Origin: Candidatus Binatia bacterium
Lineage (GTDB): Bacteria > Desulfobacterota > Binatia > UBA9968 > JAJDTQ01
Reading direction: 5' to 3'
DNA length: 64,000 nt
Assembly: GCA_022823055.1 (NCBI GenBank)
Contig: JAJDXX010000035.1
Location: 22,054-86,053 of the forward strand
Shown here: one piece after another, positions 1 to 9,245 of the stretch
How the letters are laid out: every line of letters starts with the position of its first letter
Position numbering within the stretch: the first letter of the stretch is position 1
Program-made: the position numbers and the translations under genes
The notes under the pieces: model-generated
Told to the model about the DNA's origin: nothing
The model's database searches: none
What the model saw: only the letters and a program-made list of their open reading frames with translations

Positions 1-419
1 GCATCTTCACCGAGTTGGCCCGCGTCGTCCGGGAGCACCAGCCCACCCACGTCAGCCTGGAGAAGGTCTTCCTCGCGCGCAACGTCCAGAGCGCGTTGAA
101 GCTCGGCCAGGTGCGCGGCGTGGCGCTGCTGGCCGCCGCGGAAGGCGGCGTGCCGGTGGCCGAGTACAACTCGGTGCAGGTCAAGAAGGCGGTGACGGGC
201 TACGGGCACGCGAGCAAGGCACAGATACAGCAGATGGTCACCGCGCTCCTGGAGCTCTCCGCCGAACCGCAGGAGGACGCCGCCGACGCGCTGGCGGCGG
301 CCATATGCCACGGCCATCTGTGCGCGTTCCGCACCAGTGCGGCCACCACGGGCCGGAGGGGAAGAAGCTCGCGCGGACTGCGGTGGCCGGTCGAGGCCCT
401 GCCCGGCGGCAAGGGGTGA
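1..419 (+). CDS. ruvC: Holliday junction resolvase RuvC, 5'-truncated by window edge
   Basis: C-terminal RuvC signature ...AKAQIQQMV..LLEL...DAADALAAAICH; followed immediately by ruvA and ruvB (conserved ruvCAB order). Confidence 0.8.
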   Translation, partial: IFTELARVVREHQPTHVSLEKVFLARNVQSALKLGQVRGVALLAAAEGGVPVAEYNSVQVKKAVTGYGHASKAQIQQMVTALLELSAEPQEDAADALAAAICHGHLCAFRTSAATTGRRGRSSRGLRWPVEALPGGKG

Positions 420-428
420 GGGTCGGAT

Positions 429-1016
429 GTGATCGCCAAGGTTCGCGGCACACTGGACCACAAGGCGCCGGGCGAGGTCATCGTCGACGTCGGCGGCGTC
501 GGCTATCAACTCTACACGGCGTTGAGCGTGTTCTACCGGCTGCCGGAGGTGGGAGAGCCGGTGAGCCTGCTCGTCTACACCCACGTCCGGGAAGACGCCA
601 TCCAGTTGTTCGGTTTCTTCGATCCGGCGGAGAAGCAGGCGTTCACGCTGCTCACCGGGGTGTCGGGCATCGGCCCGCGGCTGGCGCTCAACATCCTGTC
701 GGGCCTTGCCGCGGGTGAGCTGCTGGCCGCACTGCGGGACGGCGACGTCGCCCGCCTGGTGTCGATCCCCGGGATCGGCAAGCGCATGGCGGATCGCATG
801 ATCGTGGAGCTGCGTGATAAAATAGCGGGGTTGCCGGAAAGCGCTCCGCAGTCGGCGGCGGTGGACCCGGGAGTCCGCGGCGACGCGGTGTCGGCGCTCG
901 TGAACCTGGGTTACCGCCGCGCGGATGCGGACCGGGTGGTGCGGCGGTTGCTGGACCAGGGTACCGCCGATCTGGAGACCGTGCTCAAGGAAGCCCTGCG
1001 CCAGCTTAGCCTCTAG
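429..1016 (+). CDS. ruvA: Holliday junction branch migration protein RuvA
   Basis: GTG start; MIAKVRGTL...GVGYQL...[19 protein letters not shown] typical RuvA N-domain and HhH motifs. Confidence 0.9.
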   Translation: MIAKVRGTLDHKAPGEVIVDVGGVGYQLYTALSVFYRLPEVGEPVSLLVYTHVREDAIQLFGFFDPAEKQAFTLLTGVSGIGPRLALNILSGLAAGELLAALRDGDVARLVSIPGIGKRMADRMIVELRDKIAGLPESAPQSAAVDPGVRGDAVSALVNLGYRRADADRVVRRLLDQGTADLETVLKEALRQLSL

Positions 1017-1047
1017 CGTAGCGGCCGGTCGCGCGTCGAACCCGTTC

Positions 1048-2085
1048 ATGGAAAACAGGACCATCTCGCCCACGGGCACGGAAGAGGACGTCGTCTACGA
1101 CTCGAGCCTGCGGCCGCGGCGCTTCAGCGAATACGTCGGTCAGGACAAGGTCAAGGCCAACCTCGCCGTCGCCATCACCGCCGCCAAGCGGCGCGGCGAC
1201 GTCCTCGACCACCTGCTGTTCCACGGCCCTCCCGGGCTCGGCAAGACCTCCCTGGCACACCTCATATCGCACGAGATGGGGGTGGACATCCGCCCCACCT
1301 CGGGTCCCGTGATCGAGCGCCCCGGCGACCTCGCCGCGCTCCTCACCAACCTGGACGCGGGCGACATCCTGTTCATCGACGAGATCCATCGCCTCAACCA
1401 CGTGGTGGAGGAGGTGCTCTACCCGGCCATGGAAGACTTCCAGGTGGACGTGATGATCGGTCAGGGGCCGGGCGCCAAGTCCATCAAGCTCGATCTCAAG
1501 CGCTTCACCCTCGTCGGCGCCACCACCCGTTCCGGCCTCTTGACCCCGGCGTTGCGCAACCGCTTCGGCGCGGTGTTCCGTCTCGACTTCTACGAGCCGG
1601 AGGTGCTGGCCCGGTTGCTCGCCCGCTCGGCGTCGCTGCTGGGCGTGGGCGGCGACGACGCCGGCTTCATGGAGATCGCGCGCCGCTCCCGCGGCACGCC
1701 GCGCATCGCCAACCGGCTGCTGCGCCGGGTGCGGGACTACGCGGAGGTCCACGGCGAGGGCAGGGTCACCCGGCCGGTGGCGTGCCGCGCGCTGGAGATG
1801 CTGGAGGTGGATGAGCAGGGGTGCGACAAGATGGACACGCTGATCCTCACCACCATCATCGACAAGTTCGACGGCGGTCCGGTGGGTCTGGATACCCTCG
1901 CCGCCGCCATCGGCGAGGAGCGCGGCACCGTCGAGGACGCCTACGAGCCCTACCTGATCCAGGCGGGTTTCCTGGAGCGGCGACCGCAGGGCCGGGTGGC
2001 TACGCCGGTGGCCTACCGGCACCTGGGACGGTCGCAGTCGGCATCCCGCGTGGACCGGGAGAAGCGGCAGAAGCGGCTGTTGTAA
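1048..2085 (+). CDS. ruvB: Holliday junction ATP-dependent DNA helicase RuvB
   Basis: [12 protein letters not shown]...[14 protein letters not shown] (Walker A) ...[10 protein letters not shown] (Walker B) ...[16 protein letters not shown]; start chosen at internal ATG 1048 (MENRTISP...) because the upstream ORF extension overlaps ruvA. Confidence 0.9.
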   Translation: MENRTISPTGTEEDVVYDSSLRPRRFSEYVGQDKVKANLAVAITAAKRRGDVLDHLLFHGPPGLGKTSLAHLISHEMGVDIRPTSGPVIERPGDLAALLTNLDAGDILFIDEIHRLNHVVEEVLYPAMEDFQVDVMIGQGPGAKSIKLDLKRFTLVGATTRSGLLTPALRNRFGAVFRLDFYEPEVLARLLARSASLLGVGGDDAGFMEIARRSRGTPRIANRLLRRVRDYAEVHGEGRVTRPVACRALEMLEVDEQGCDKMDTLILTTIIDKFDGGPVGLDTLAAAIGEERGTVEDAYEPYLIQAGFLERRPQGRVATPVAYRHLGRSQSASRVDREKRQKRLL

Positions 2086-2178
2086 GCGCCGTGCGGCACG
2101 CTTGCGCGCACGACTCAACCCTTGCCAGGACCGTCGTTTTCCTTTGTGCTTTGAGGATGGAAGGGTTAGTTTGATGCG

Positions 2179-4455
2179 GTGCATTCGTATTCCGCGTCCG
2201 GGGGAGCCGGTATGGCCGCTCCAATAAGCACAGCCAAGACCGACGAAGAACACGCGCACGCGCTGCAATCCGCGGAACGCAGGCGCCGCCGGCGCGAAGG
2301 GTGGCTGATCCTTATCAGCTCCCTGTTGATCCTCCTGTTCGCGTTCTTCGAGGATATCCTTCCGGACGTTTCCGCGGACTACACCCTCGTCAGCAACATC
2401 GCGTTCTTCCTGCTGGTCAACCTCAACATCATCCTGCTGGCGCTGCTGGTGTTCCTGGTGGTGCGGAATCTCCTGAAGCTGGTGCTGGACAGGCGCCGGC
2501 GCATCCTGGGCTCCCGCCTCCAGGCCCGCCTGGTGTTCGCGTTCATCGGTCTCTCGCTGGTGCCCACCGTGCTGCTGTTCCTGACCGCCGGAAGCCTGGT
2601 GACCCGGTCGGTGGACAAGTGGTTCGATGCCCAGGTGGTCAACGCGCTCAGGGGCTCCCTCGACATCAGCTCCACCTACTACCAGAACTCGGCCGACAAC
2701 GCGCTTTTCTTCGCGCGCCAGCTAAGCCACCGCATCGGCGACGTGAAGCTCTTCGAGTCGAAGAACCTCGACGGTCTGAAGCGCGTGGTGGAGGAGAAGC
2801 AGCGGGAATACAACCTCGGCACGGTGGAGGTCTACAAGCCGGACGGGACGGCCCTGGTGAAGGCGTTCAACGACCAGGTGCCCACCGGAGTGACGGTGCG
2901 GCCACGGGCGGATTTTCTCGACAGCGCGTTGCGCGGCCTCGAGGTGACGCGCAGCGAGGGGCTGGGCGACGGCGACGTGCTGCGCGGCGCGGTGCCGGTC
3001 TACGGCGAGGGACGCCGGATCATCGGCGCGGTGGTGGTGGACTACTTCGTGCCCGCGAGCGTGAGCAAGAAGGCGCAGGCGATCTCGCGGTCGTACGAAG
3101 AGTACAAGCACATGGCCATCCTTAACAAGCCGGTGAAGAACGCGTACATGCTGACGCTGCTGCTTATCACGCTGGTCATGATCTTCGCGGCCTCGTGGTT
3201 CGGCTTTGCGCTGGCCAAGGGGGTCACGGTACCGATCCAGCAGTTGGCCGAGGGTACGCACGAAGTGGCACACGGCAACCTGGACTACCGTATTGAGAGC
3301 GGCGGCGACGACGAGATCGGCACGCTGGTGGCTTCGTTCAATCAGATGACCGAGGACCTCAAGCACAGCCAGTCCGAACTGGAGCAGCGCCGGCAGTACA
3401 TGGAGACGCTGCTCGCCAACATCACCGCCGGTGTGATCTCGGTGGACCGTTCCGGAAAGGTGACCATCGTCAACAAGGCCGCGGAGCTGATGCTGGATAT
3501 CGCGGCCGAGGCCGTGCTCCGCCGGCCTTACGAGGAGGCGCTTCAGGCCCCGAACCTGTGGCCGTTGCTCGACGTCATCCAACAGGTCAAGGGCAGTGCT
3601 GGCGTGGAACGCGACATACGCATCGTGGGCCGCGACGGACCCCTGACTCTCATGACCGTGGCCGCCAGCCTCCGGGATGACGACGGCAACACGCTCGGCA
3701 TCATGGTCTTCATCGAGAACCTCACCGAGATCCAGAGCGTGCAACGGGTGGAGGCGTGGCGCGAGGTGGCGCGCCGCATTGCCCACGAGATCAAGAACCC
3801 GCTGACGCCGATCCAGCTCTCGGCGCAACGCTTGCGCAAGCGCTACGAGAACGTGCTGGACGGTGACGGCGCCGTGCTCGACAAGTGCACGTCCACCATC
3901 ATCCGGCAGGTGGAAGAGCTCAAGACCCTGGTGAACGAGTTCTCGAACTTCGCGCGGCTGCCCACGGCGAAGCTTGCCACCGATGACTTGAACGACGTGG
4001 TGCGGGAAGCGTTGTTCCTTGTCAAGGAAGGTCACCGGGAGGTCGAGTTCGATTTCTCGGAGCAGGATTCCGTTCCGCTGGTGGAGCTGGACCGCGAGCA
4101 GATCAAGCGCGCGTTGTTCAACCTGCTGGACAACGCGGTGGCCTCCCTGAACGGCGGCGGACGTATCGAGATCGCCACGCGCTACGACGAAACCTTCGGC
4201 ATGGTGCGGCTGGAGGTGGCGGACGAGGGCGAGGGCATCGCCCGGGAGGACAGGGGGCGGATCTTCGAGCCGTACTATTCGACCAAGGAGGACGGCACCG
4301 GACTGGGGCTTTCCATCGTCGGCACCATCGTGGCCGACCACCGGGGATATATTCGCGTGCGTCAGAACCAGCCCCGCGGCACGCGCTTCATCATCGAGCT
4401 GCCCGCGGCCGCGCAGGCCGAGCCGCTCGACGTCCGCACGAGCGAGGCGTCCTGA
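2179..4455 (+). CDS. NtrY-like sensor histidine kinase (multi-TM N-terminus, HAMP, PAS, HisKA, HATPase_c)
   Basis: N-terminal hydrophobic helices, a periplasmic segment and a second TM helix; HAMP (VPIQQLAEGTHEVAHGNLDYRIE); PAS (YMETLLANITAGVISVD); H-box AHEIKNPLTPIQLSAQRL; N/G boxes (LLDNAV..., GTGLGLSIV). Architecture matches NtrY. Confidence 0.75.
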   Translation: MHSYSASGGAGMAAPISTAKTDEEHAHALQSAERRRRRREGWLILISSLLILLFAFFEDILPDVSADYTLVSNIAFFLLVNLNIILLALLVFLVVRNLLKLVLDRRRRILGSRLQARLVFAFIGLSLVPTVLLFLTAGSLVTRSVDKWFDAQVVNALRGSLDISSTYYQNSADNALFFARQLSHRIGDVKLFESKNLDGLKRVVEEKQREYNLGTVEVYKPDGTALVKAFNDQVPTGVTVRPRADFLDSALRGLEVTRSEGLGDGDVLRGAVPVYGEGRRIIGAVVVDYFVPASVSKKAQAISRSYEEYKHMAILNKPVKNAYMLTLLLITLVMIFAASWFGFALAKGVTVPIQQLAEGTHEVAHGNLDYRIESGGDDEIGTLVASFNQMTEDLKHSQSELEQRRQYMETLLANITAGVISVDRSGKVTIVNKAAELMLDIAAEAVLRRPYEEALQAPNLWPLLDVIQQVKGSAGVERDIRIVGRDGPLTLMTVAASLRDDDGNTLGIMVFIENLTEIQSVQRVEAWREVARRIAHEIKNPLTPIQLSAQRLRKRYENVLDGDGAVLDKCTSTIIRQVEELKTLVNEFSNFARLPTAKLATDDLNDVVREALFLVKEGHREVEFDFSEQDSVPLVELDREQIKRALFNLLDNAVASLNGGGRIEIATRYDETFGMVRLEVADEGEGIAREDRGRIFEPYYSTKEDGTGLGLSIVGTIVADHRGYIRVRQNQPRGTRFIIELPAAAQAEPLDVRTSEAS

Positions 4456-4496
4456 CGCGGGACCGCGGGAGGCGGGGAAACCGCGCGGCGTTTCAG

Positions 4497-5849
4497 GTGG
4501 AGGATTCAGAGACGATGCAGGCAGCGCAACGAACCGTGCTGGTGGTGGACGACGAGGACGTCATCCGCGATACCGTACGCGAGATCCTCGCCGACGAGGG
4601 GTATCGTGTGATCGCGGCGACCAAGGGGTCCGAGGTTCTGCGGCTTGTGACGCAGGAGGCGCCGGACGTGATCCTGCTGGACATCTGGATGCCCGAGATG
4701 GATGGCATCGTGCTGCTCAAGCAGATCAAGAGTGCGCATCCGGACGCCCGCGTCATCATGATCTCGGGCCACGGGAGCATCCACACGGCGGTCACCGCCA
4801 CCAAGCTGGGCGCGTTCGACTTCATCGAGAAGCCGCTCTCCCTCGACGGGCTGCTGGCGACCATCAAGCGCGCCTGCGGCGACGCGCGGCGCGAGAGTAC
4901 GGCGGCGGAGCAGCAGTTGCGGCTGCATCGGGCGCCGCCGCCGTGGTCCAGCGCCGGCTCCGCGGATGGCGCGGTGCGCCAAAAAACTCTCCGGAAGAGC
5001 GTCGTGGCCAACGGCCTGGGGCTGCATTCGGGGGTCAGCACCGGCGTCATCCTGCACCCGCTGCCGGAGAACAGCGGCATTCACTTCGGCGGCATCTCCG
5101 GCGACGCCACGGTCCCGGCCCATCTGGACTTCGTGCGCTCTACGGATTTCGCCACGTCGTTGCGGCGCGGCGGCGTGGTGGTGGGCACCGTGGAGCACTT
5201 GATGGCGTCTCTGCACGCCTACGGCATCACCAACCTGCTGATCAAGATGTACGGTGAGATTCCCATCATGGACGGCTCCGCCATCGAGTTCTGCCGCCTG
5301 ATCGAGGAGGCTGGGGTGGAAGAGCAGGAGGGGACGTGCCCGGAGATCGTCATCGATCGGACCCTGAGCGTGAGTGGAGACGGGCCGGACGAGATCGTCA
5401 TCGAACCGGCCGATGTCTTCACGGTGCACTACCGCCTGCGCTATCCGAGCCCCGTGGGCAGTCAGGAATACACCTACATCCACGGGGGGGCGGAGTCGTT
5501 TCGGGACGAGATCGCGCCGGCGCGTACCTTTGGCTTCCTGCGTGATTTCGAGAAGCTCGAACGGATGGGCTTGATCAAGGGCGGCCGCCTCGGCAACTGC
5601 ATCCTCATCGACGACGAGCGCGTGATCAACACCTCCCTGCGCTTCGAGGATGAGTTCGCGCGGCACAAGATACTGGACATCGTCGGCGACTTCTCGCTCA
5701 TGGGCCGCCCCATTCGCGGCCGGGTGCGCGCGCAGATGACGGGCCACGCGGACAATATCGCACTCTTGCGGCGCGTCGCGGAGATCTACGGTGTCCCCGG
5801 ACTCGAGACCAGCGCCGACATCCATGCCGCGGCGGAGCCGGCACGCTGA
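4497..5849 (+). CDS. lpxC: Response-regulator receiver domain fused to UDP-3-O-acyl-N-acetylglucosamine deacetylase (REC-LpxC fusion)
   Basis: Residues ~10-125 are a CheY-like receiver (VLVVDDEDVIRD...ILLDIWMPEMDG...IMISGHG...FIEKP). Residues ~165-450 align along their full length to LpxC: TLRKSVVANGLGLHSGV; VEHLMASLHAYGI (E78/H79 equivalents); RTFGFLRDFEKL; RFEDEFARHKILDIVGD (H238/D242/D246 equivalents); GHADN (H265 equivalent). It starts 41 bp after the NtrY-like kinase. Confidence 0.8.
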   Translation: MEDSETMQAAQRTVLVVDDEDVIRDTVREILADEGYRVIAATKGSEVLRLVTQEAPDVILLDIWMPEMDGIVLLKQIKSAHPDARVIMISGHGSIHTAVTATKLGAFDFIEKPLSLDGLLATIKRACGDARRESTAAEQQLRLHRAPPPWSSAGSADGAVRQKTLRKSVVANGLGLHSGVSTGVILHPLPENSGIHFGGISGDATVPAHLDFVRSTDFATSLRRGGVVVGTVEHLMASLHAYGITNLLIKMYGEIPIMDGSAIEFCRLIEEAGVEEQEGTCPEIVIDRTLSVSGDGPDEIVIEPADVFTVHYRLRYPSPVGSQEYTYIHGGAESFRDEIAPARTFGFLRDFEKLERMGLIKGGRLGNCILIDDERVINTSLRFEDEFARHKILDIVGDFSLMGRPIRGRVRAQMTGHADNIALLRRVAEIYGVPGLETSADIHAAAEPAR

Positions 5850-5889
5850 TAGCCGGCACGCTGATTCTTCCCGGAACAATCGGTCACGC

Positions 5890-5911
5890 GGACGGGCACT
5901 AGTGCCCGTCC
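5890..5911. terminator. Perfect 22-bp GC-rich palindrome GGACGGGCACTAGTGCCCGTCC between convergent genes; putative bidirectional terminator hairpin
   Basis: Seen directly; spans the stop codon of the minus-strand thioesterase and lies 41 bp after the REC-LpxC stop. Confidence 0.3.
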
Positions 5912-6303
5912 AGCCCGAGTAGCCGCGCGTAGGCTTCGGGCAGGGGCGTCAGCCTGCGTTCAGGACCGAGGCACGCGTGCTTCGTCCAGCCGGACGCCAG
6001 AGCGGTTCGGTCTCCCTCCAGGCCGATGCGGTAATGGAACCGCACCGCCACGGGGCTGAGAGATTCGAGGGTGGTCTCGATCCAGAGCAGGTTGTCGTAG
6101 CGGGCCGGTTTGCGGTAACGGCACTGCACTTCGGTCACCGGGAAGAAAATTCCCTCCCGTTCCGCCTGGTCGTAGGGAATGCCCGCCTGGCGCATGAACT
6201 CGGTCCTGCCGATCTCGAACCAGCGGAGATAGTTGGCGTAATAGGCGACGCCCATCTGGTCCGTGTCGCCGTAGATGACCCGGTAGGGGGTGATGTTCTT
6301 CAC
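5899..6303 (-). CDS. Acyl-CoA thioesterase, YbgC/4HBT (hotdog) family
   Basis: YRVIYGDTDQMGVAYYANYLRWFEIGRTEFMRQAG matches the YbgC family N-terminus including the catalytic Asp. Confidence 0.7.
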   Translation of the reverse strand: MKNITPYRVIYGDTDQMGVAYYANYLRWFEIGRTEFMRQAGIPYDQAEREGIFFPVTEVQCRYRKPARYDNLLWIETTLESLSPVAVRFHYRIGLEGDRTALASGWTKHACLGPERRLTPLPEAYARLLGLDGH

Positions 6304-6354
6304 GGGGCGCGTCGTCTTGGAAGGACGCCCTGTACGCCCGACGGGAGCCGCCGG

Positions 6355-7278
6355 TCAGGCGCCGGCCTGGCCCTCCGGCGGGTTGTTGCGGTTGCGGTCC
6401 CAGCGATCGATGCTGGGCACCTGAACGTCCATGGCGCCGTCGCCCCGGATCACGCGGAAGGTGATGACGTCGCCGGCCTGCTTCTTCCACACCTCCCGGT
6501 AGAGCTGGGGCCGGGTCTGCACCTCTTGCCGCTCCACGGTGAGGATGATGTCGCCCTGTTTGAGCCCCGCTTTCTCCGCGGGTCCCGACGGGGTCACGCC
6601 CGTGACCAGCACGTGGCCGCCCATGGCCTGTGAGTAGAGGCCCAGCCAGGGGCGCGCGGGGCGGCTCCGCACCCGTCCGAAGTTGCGCAGCTCGTCCGCG
6701 TCCCGGAGGTAGTACTCCACCGGGATGGCCATGGTGAACTTTCCGATATCGTTGAGGTTCAGCGACACGACTCCCAGCAGCCGCCCGCGGGTGTCCGCCA
6801 GGGTGCCGCCGCCGAAGCCCGGATTGAAGGCGCTCACGCGGATAGACTTCTCCAGCATGTACTCCCACTGGCCGTCGTAGCCTTCCAGCGAGGTCACGTT
6901 GCCGTCGCTGACGCGCCGGTTATGCTGTCCGCTGCTGGCGATCATGAAGGCAGGCTGCCCCACGGTCACGGTTTCCGCCGGGCGCAGGAACGGCAGGTCG
7001 TTGGCGTCGATCTTGACCAGGGCGATACCGGAGTCGAAGTCCTGGGCCATGAGCTGTCCGGGGTATTGCTTCTCGTCCGCGAGCGTCACGGTGATGGAGT
7101 CGGCCCCGTTGACGACGTAGTTGACCGTGAGGATGATGCCGGCCGGATCGACGACGGTTCCCGAGCCCATGCGCTCGGTGCCGAGGTTGCGGGCCGATGG
7201 ATGGTGCGCCGGCACCGTGGTGCTGAGGTCCGCCGTGGCCAGCAGGACGGCGTGCACCAGTCCGAGACGGGCGTTCAC
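6355..7278 (-). CDS. HtrA/DegP-like trypsin-fold protein with C-terminal PDZ domain; catalytic His and Ser substituted (predicted inactive pseudo-protease)
   Basis: Aligns to the DegP protease domain: GSGTVVD...TVNYVV (Tyr where DegP has TNNHVV His); DSGIALVKI (Asp retained); NPGFGGGTL (Gly where DegP has GNSGG Ser); PDZ region GVTPSGPAEKAGLKQGDIIL. Confidence 0.7.
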   Translation of the reverse strand: MNARLGLVHAVLLATADLSTTVPAHHPSARNLGTERMGSGTVVDPAGIILTVNYVVNGADSITVTLADEKQYPGQLMAQDFDSGIALVKIDANDLPFLRPAETVTVGQPAFMIASSGQHNRRVSDGNVTSLEGYDGQWEYMLEKSIRVSAFNPGFGGGTLADTRGRLLGVVSLNLNDIGKFTMAIPVEYYLRDADELRNFGRVRSRPARPWLGLYSQAMGGHVLVTGVTPSGPAEKAGLKQGDIILTVERQEVQTRPQLYREVWKKQAGDVITFRVIRGDGAMDVQVPSIDRWDRNRNNPPEGQAGA

Positions 7279-7473
7279 GCGGCGCCTCCGATGGTGTTGC
7301 GCTGGCGGATGCGGCTTCCAGGCCGAGCGTTCCTGGGATACGGGCAGAGTGTCACGGACTCATGCGTTAACAGAAACGATTCACGTACACAAGGCGCGCC
7401 CGTGGGGCGCGGGCTCCGGAGATTGACAGGCTTGACACCCGCCAGCTATGAAGATCGTTTGACTGGAGCGGCC

Positions 7474-7995
7474 TTGAAGATCCCCCTTAGCCGAATCGAT
7501 ACCATACCCAGGGAGACCCGCTTCGCCGAAACCGTCGACATCGTTCGGGAAGAAGCTTCGGTGGCGGTCCGCTTCCCGTCGCCGGTCCAGGTCGACGTCA
7601 CCTATTACAGGTCGGGACGGGAGATATTCTTCCACGGGAGACTCAAGGGGGAGGCGGAAGCCGAGTGCAGCCGCTGCCTGGAAGACTGCGGGTTCGTTGT
7701 CGAAAAATCCTTCGACTTCGTATTGACCCCGGACCCCCTTCCGACTAATAAGAACATGGAGCTTACGGCGGACGAAATGGGCTTGAGCTTCTACACCGGG
7801 GAGGACATCGACCTCTCGCCCTTCGTCCGCGAGCAGACGTTGCTCGCCCTGCCCCTCCGGCCCCTGTGCAGCGAGAATTGCCGCGGCCTTTGCCCCGACT
7901 GCGGCGCCGAGTTGAACCGGACCACGTGTGGGTGCACGTCGCCGGGGGATCCCCGCATGGCCGTTTTCCGCAACCTCCGATTGGACCGGTCCTAG
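7474..7995 (+). CDS. yceD: YceD/DUF177 family protein (large-subunit rRNA maturation-associated)
   Basis: C-terminal Cys cluster CPDCGAELNRTTCGC typical of DUF177; conserved position directly upstream of rpmF-plsX; TTG start assumed at 7474 (long upstream ORF extension is antisense shadow of the HtrA-like gene). Confidence 0.65.
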   Translation: MKIPLSRIDTIPRETRFAETVDIVREEASVAVRFPSPVQVDVTYYRSGREIFFHGRLKGEAEAECSRCLEDCGFVVEKSFDFVLTPDPLPTNKNMELTADEMGLSFYTGEDIDLSPFVREQTLLALPLRPLCSENCRGLCPDCGAELNRTTCGCTSPGDPRMAVFRNLRLDRS

Positions 7996-8036
7996 CGCCG
8001 GCAGGTCGGCAAACACAAACCAGGCAGGATGAAGAG

Positions 8037-8219
8037 ATGCCCGTACCCAAGAGAAGAACCTCCAACAGCAAGCGCAACAAGCGACGCGCTCATGACGCCA
8101 TCGCCGCCCCGCAGTGGATTACGTGCTCGCGTTGCGGCGCGGCGACTCTGAGGCACAGGGTCTGCGCCGCCTGCGGCTACTACAAGGCGCGGCCGGTCAC
8201 GACCGGCGAAGACACCTAG
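8037..8219 (+). CDS. rpmF: 50S ribosomal protein L32
   Basis: MPVPKRRTSNSKRNKRRAHDAIAAP... C-x2-C...C-x2-C; 60 aa. Confidence 0.85.
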   Translation: MPVPKRRTSNSKRNKRRAHDAIAAPQWITCSRCGAATLRHRVCAACGYYKARPVTTGEDT

Positions 8220-8249
8220 CGTGCCCTGGATTGCGCCTGTCCCCGGTGC

Positions 8250-9245
8250 GTGATGCGGCGGATCATCGTTGACGCGATGGGCGGTGACCACGGCCCGGGC
8301 GTCGTCGTGGCCGGAGCTCTGGAGGCCGCGGAGGAGTATGGGGTGGAGGTGACCCTGGTGAGCCAGGGGGACGCCGTGGAGTCCGAGCTGTCGAGCCGCA
8401 AGCACGACCCGTCGGCCGTACGCGTGCTGTCGGCGGCCACCTTCATCGGCATGCACGACTCGCCCAGCCGCGCCCTGAAACAGAAGGACTCCTCCATGAG
8501 GGCCGCCTTCGACCGGCTGAAGGCCGGGGAAGGGGACGCCGTGGTGAGCGCTGGGAACTCCGGGGCCATGTTGGCCATCGGCATGTTCGTGCTGGGGCGG
8601 TTGCCCGGCGTGGACCGGCCGGCGATCCTGGCGGTGAGCCCGTCGCTGTCCGGGGGCACCGTGCTGGTGGACGGGGGCGCCAATACCGACTGCAAGCCCC
8701 GGCAACTCGTGCAGTTCGCGCACATGGGAGCCATTTACGCGGAGAAGATCCTCGGCATCGCCCGCCCGCGGGTCGGTGTCCTGAGCAACGGCGAGGAGGA
8801 AAGCAAGGGCAATGACCTCACGCGCGAGGCGCTTGGCGAGTTGCGGGGTTCGGATTTGAACTTCGTGGGTTACGTAGAGGGCCGGGACATTACCAACGGC
8901 CGGGTGCAGGTGGTGGTCTGCGACGGCTTCACCGGCAACGTCGCGCTGAAGACCATGGAGGGCCTGGGACAGTTCGTTTCCACGGTGCTCAAGGAGGCGT
9001 TCCGCGGCAGCCTCTCGAGCCGGTTGGGTTACCTGTTGAGCCGGGGCGCCATAAGACGCGCCTACGACCGTCTCGATTACGCGCACTACGGCGGCGCGCC
9101 CCTGATCGGCTTGAACGGCATCGCCATCGTCGCGCATGGAGGCTCGTCCGCCAAGGCCATCAAGAACGCCGTGCGGGTCGCGGCCGAGGCCGCCTCGCAG
9201 GACATCAACAACGACATCGTGAGCGCGCTGGGTGGAGAACGGTGA
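8250..9245 (+). CDS. plsX: Phosphate acyltransferase PlsX
   Basis: MMRRIIVDAMGGDHGPGVVV...VDGGANTDCKP...CDGFTGNVALK; follows rpmF. Confidence 0.9.
   Translation: MMRRIIVDAMGGDHGPGVVVAGALEAAEEYGVEVTLVSQGDAVESELSSRKHDPSAVRVLSAATFIGMHDSPSRALKQKDSSMRAAFDRLKAGEGDAVVSAGNSGAMLAIGMFVLGRLPGVDRPAILAVSPSLSGGTVLVDGGANTDCKPRQLVQFAHMGAIYAEKILGIARPRVGVLSNGEEESKGNDLTREALGELRGSDLNFVGYVEGRDITNGRVQVVVCDGFTGNVALKTMEGLGQFVSTVLKEAFRGSLSSRLGYLLSRGAIRRAYDRLDYAHYGGAPLIGLNGIAIVAHGGSSAKAIKNAVRVAAEAASQDINNDIVSALGGER

Noticed and set aside
1006-2268. 420-aa minus-strand ORF antisense to ruvB. Similar long antisense ORFs occur at 2722-4341, 4506-5879, 11378-12676, 15260-16249, 38621-42718 (1365 aa), 47653-49539, 49970-51313 and 55750-57234
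   Set aside because: All lie opposite strongly supported genes, have no recognisable motifs, and are rich in Arg/Ala/Gly/Pro as expected for stop-poor frames in ~67% GC DNA. They are treated as shadow ORFs.
6922-7473. N-terminal 180 aa of the 357-aa ORF containing YceD
   Set aside because: That part is antisense to the HtrA-like gene and has no similarity. The YceD/DUF177 homology starts near 7474, where a TTG start gives a family-typical ~174-aa protein.
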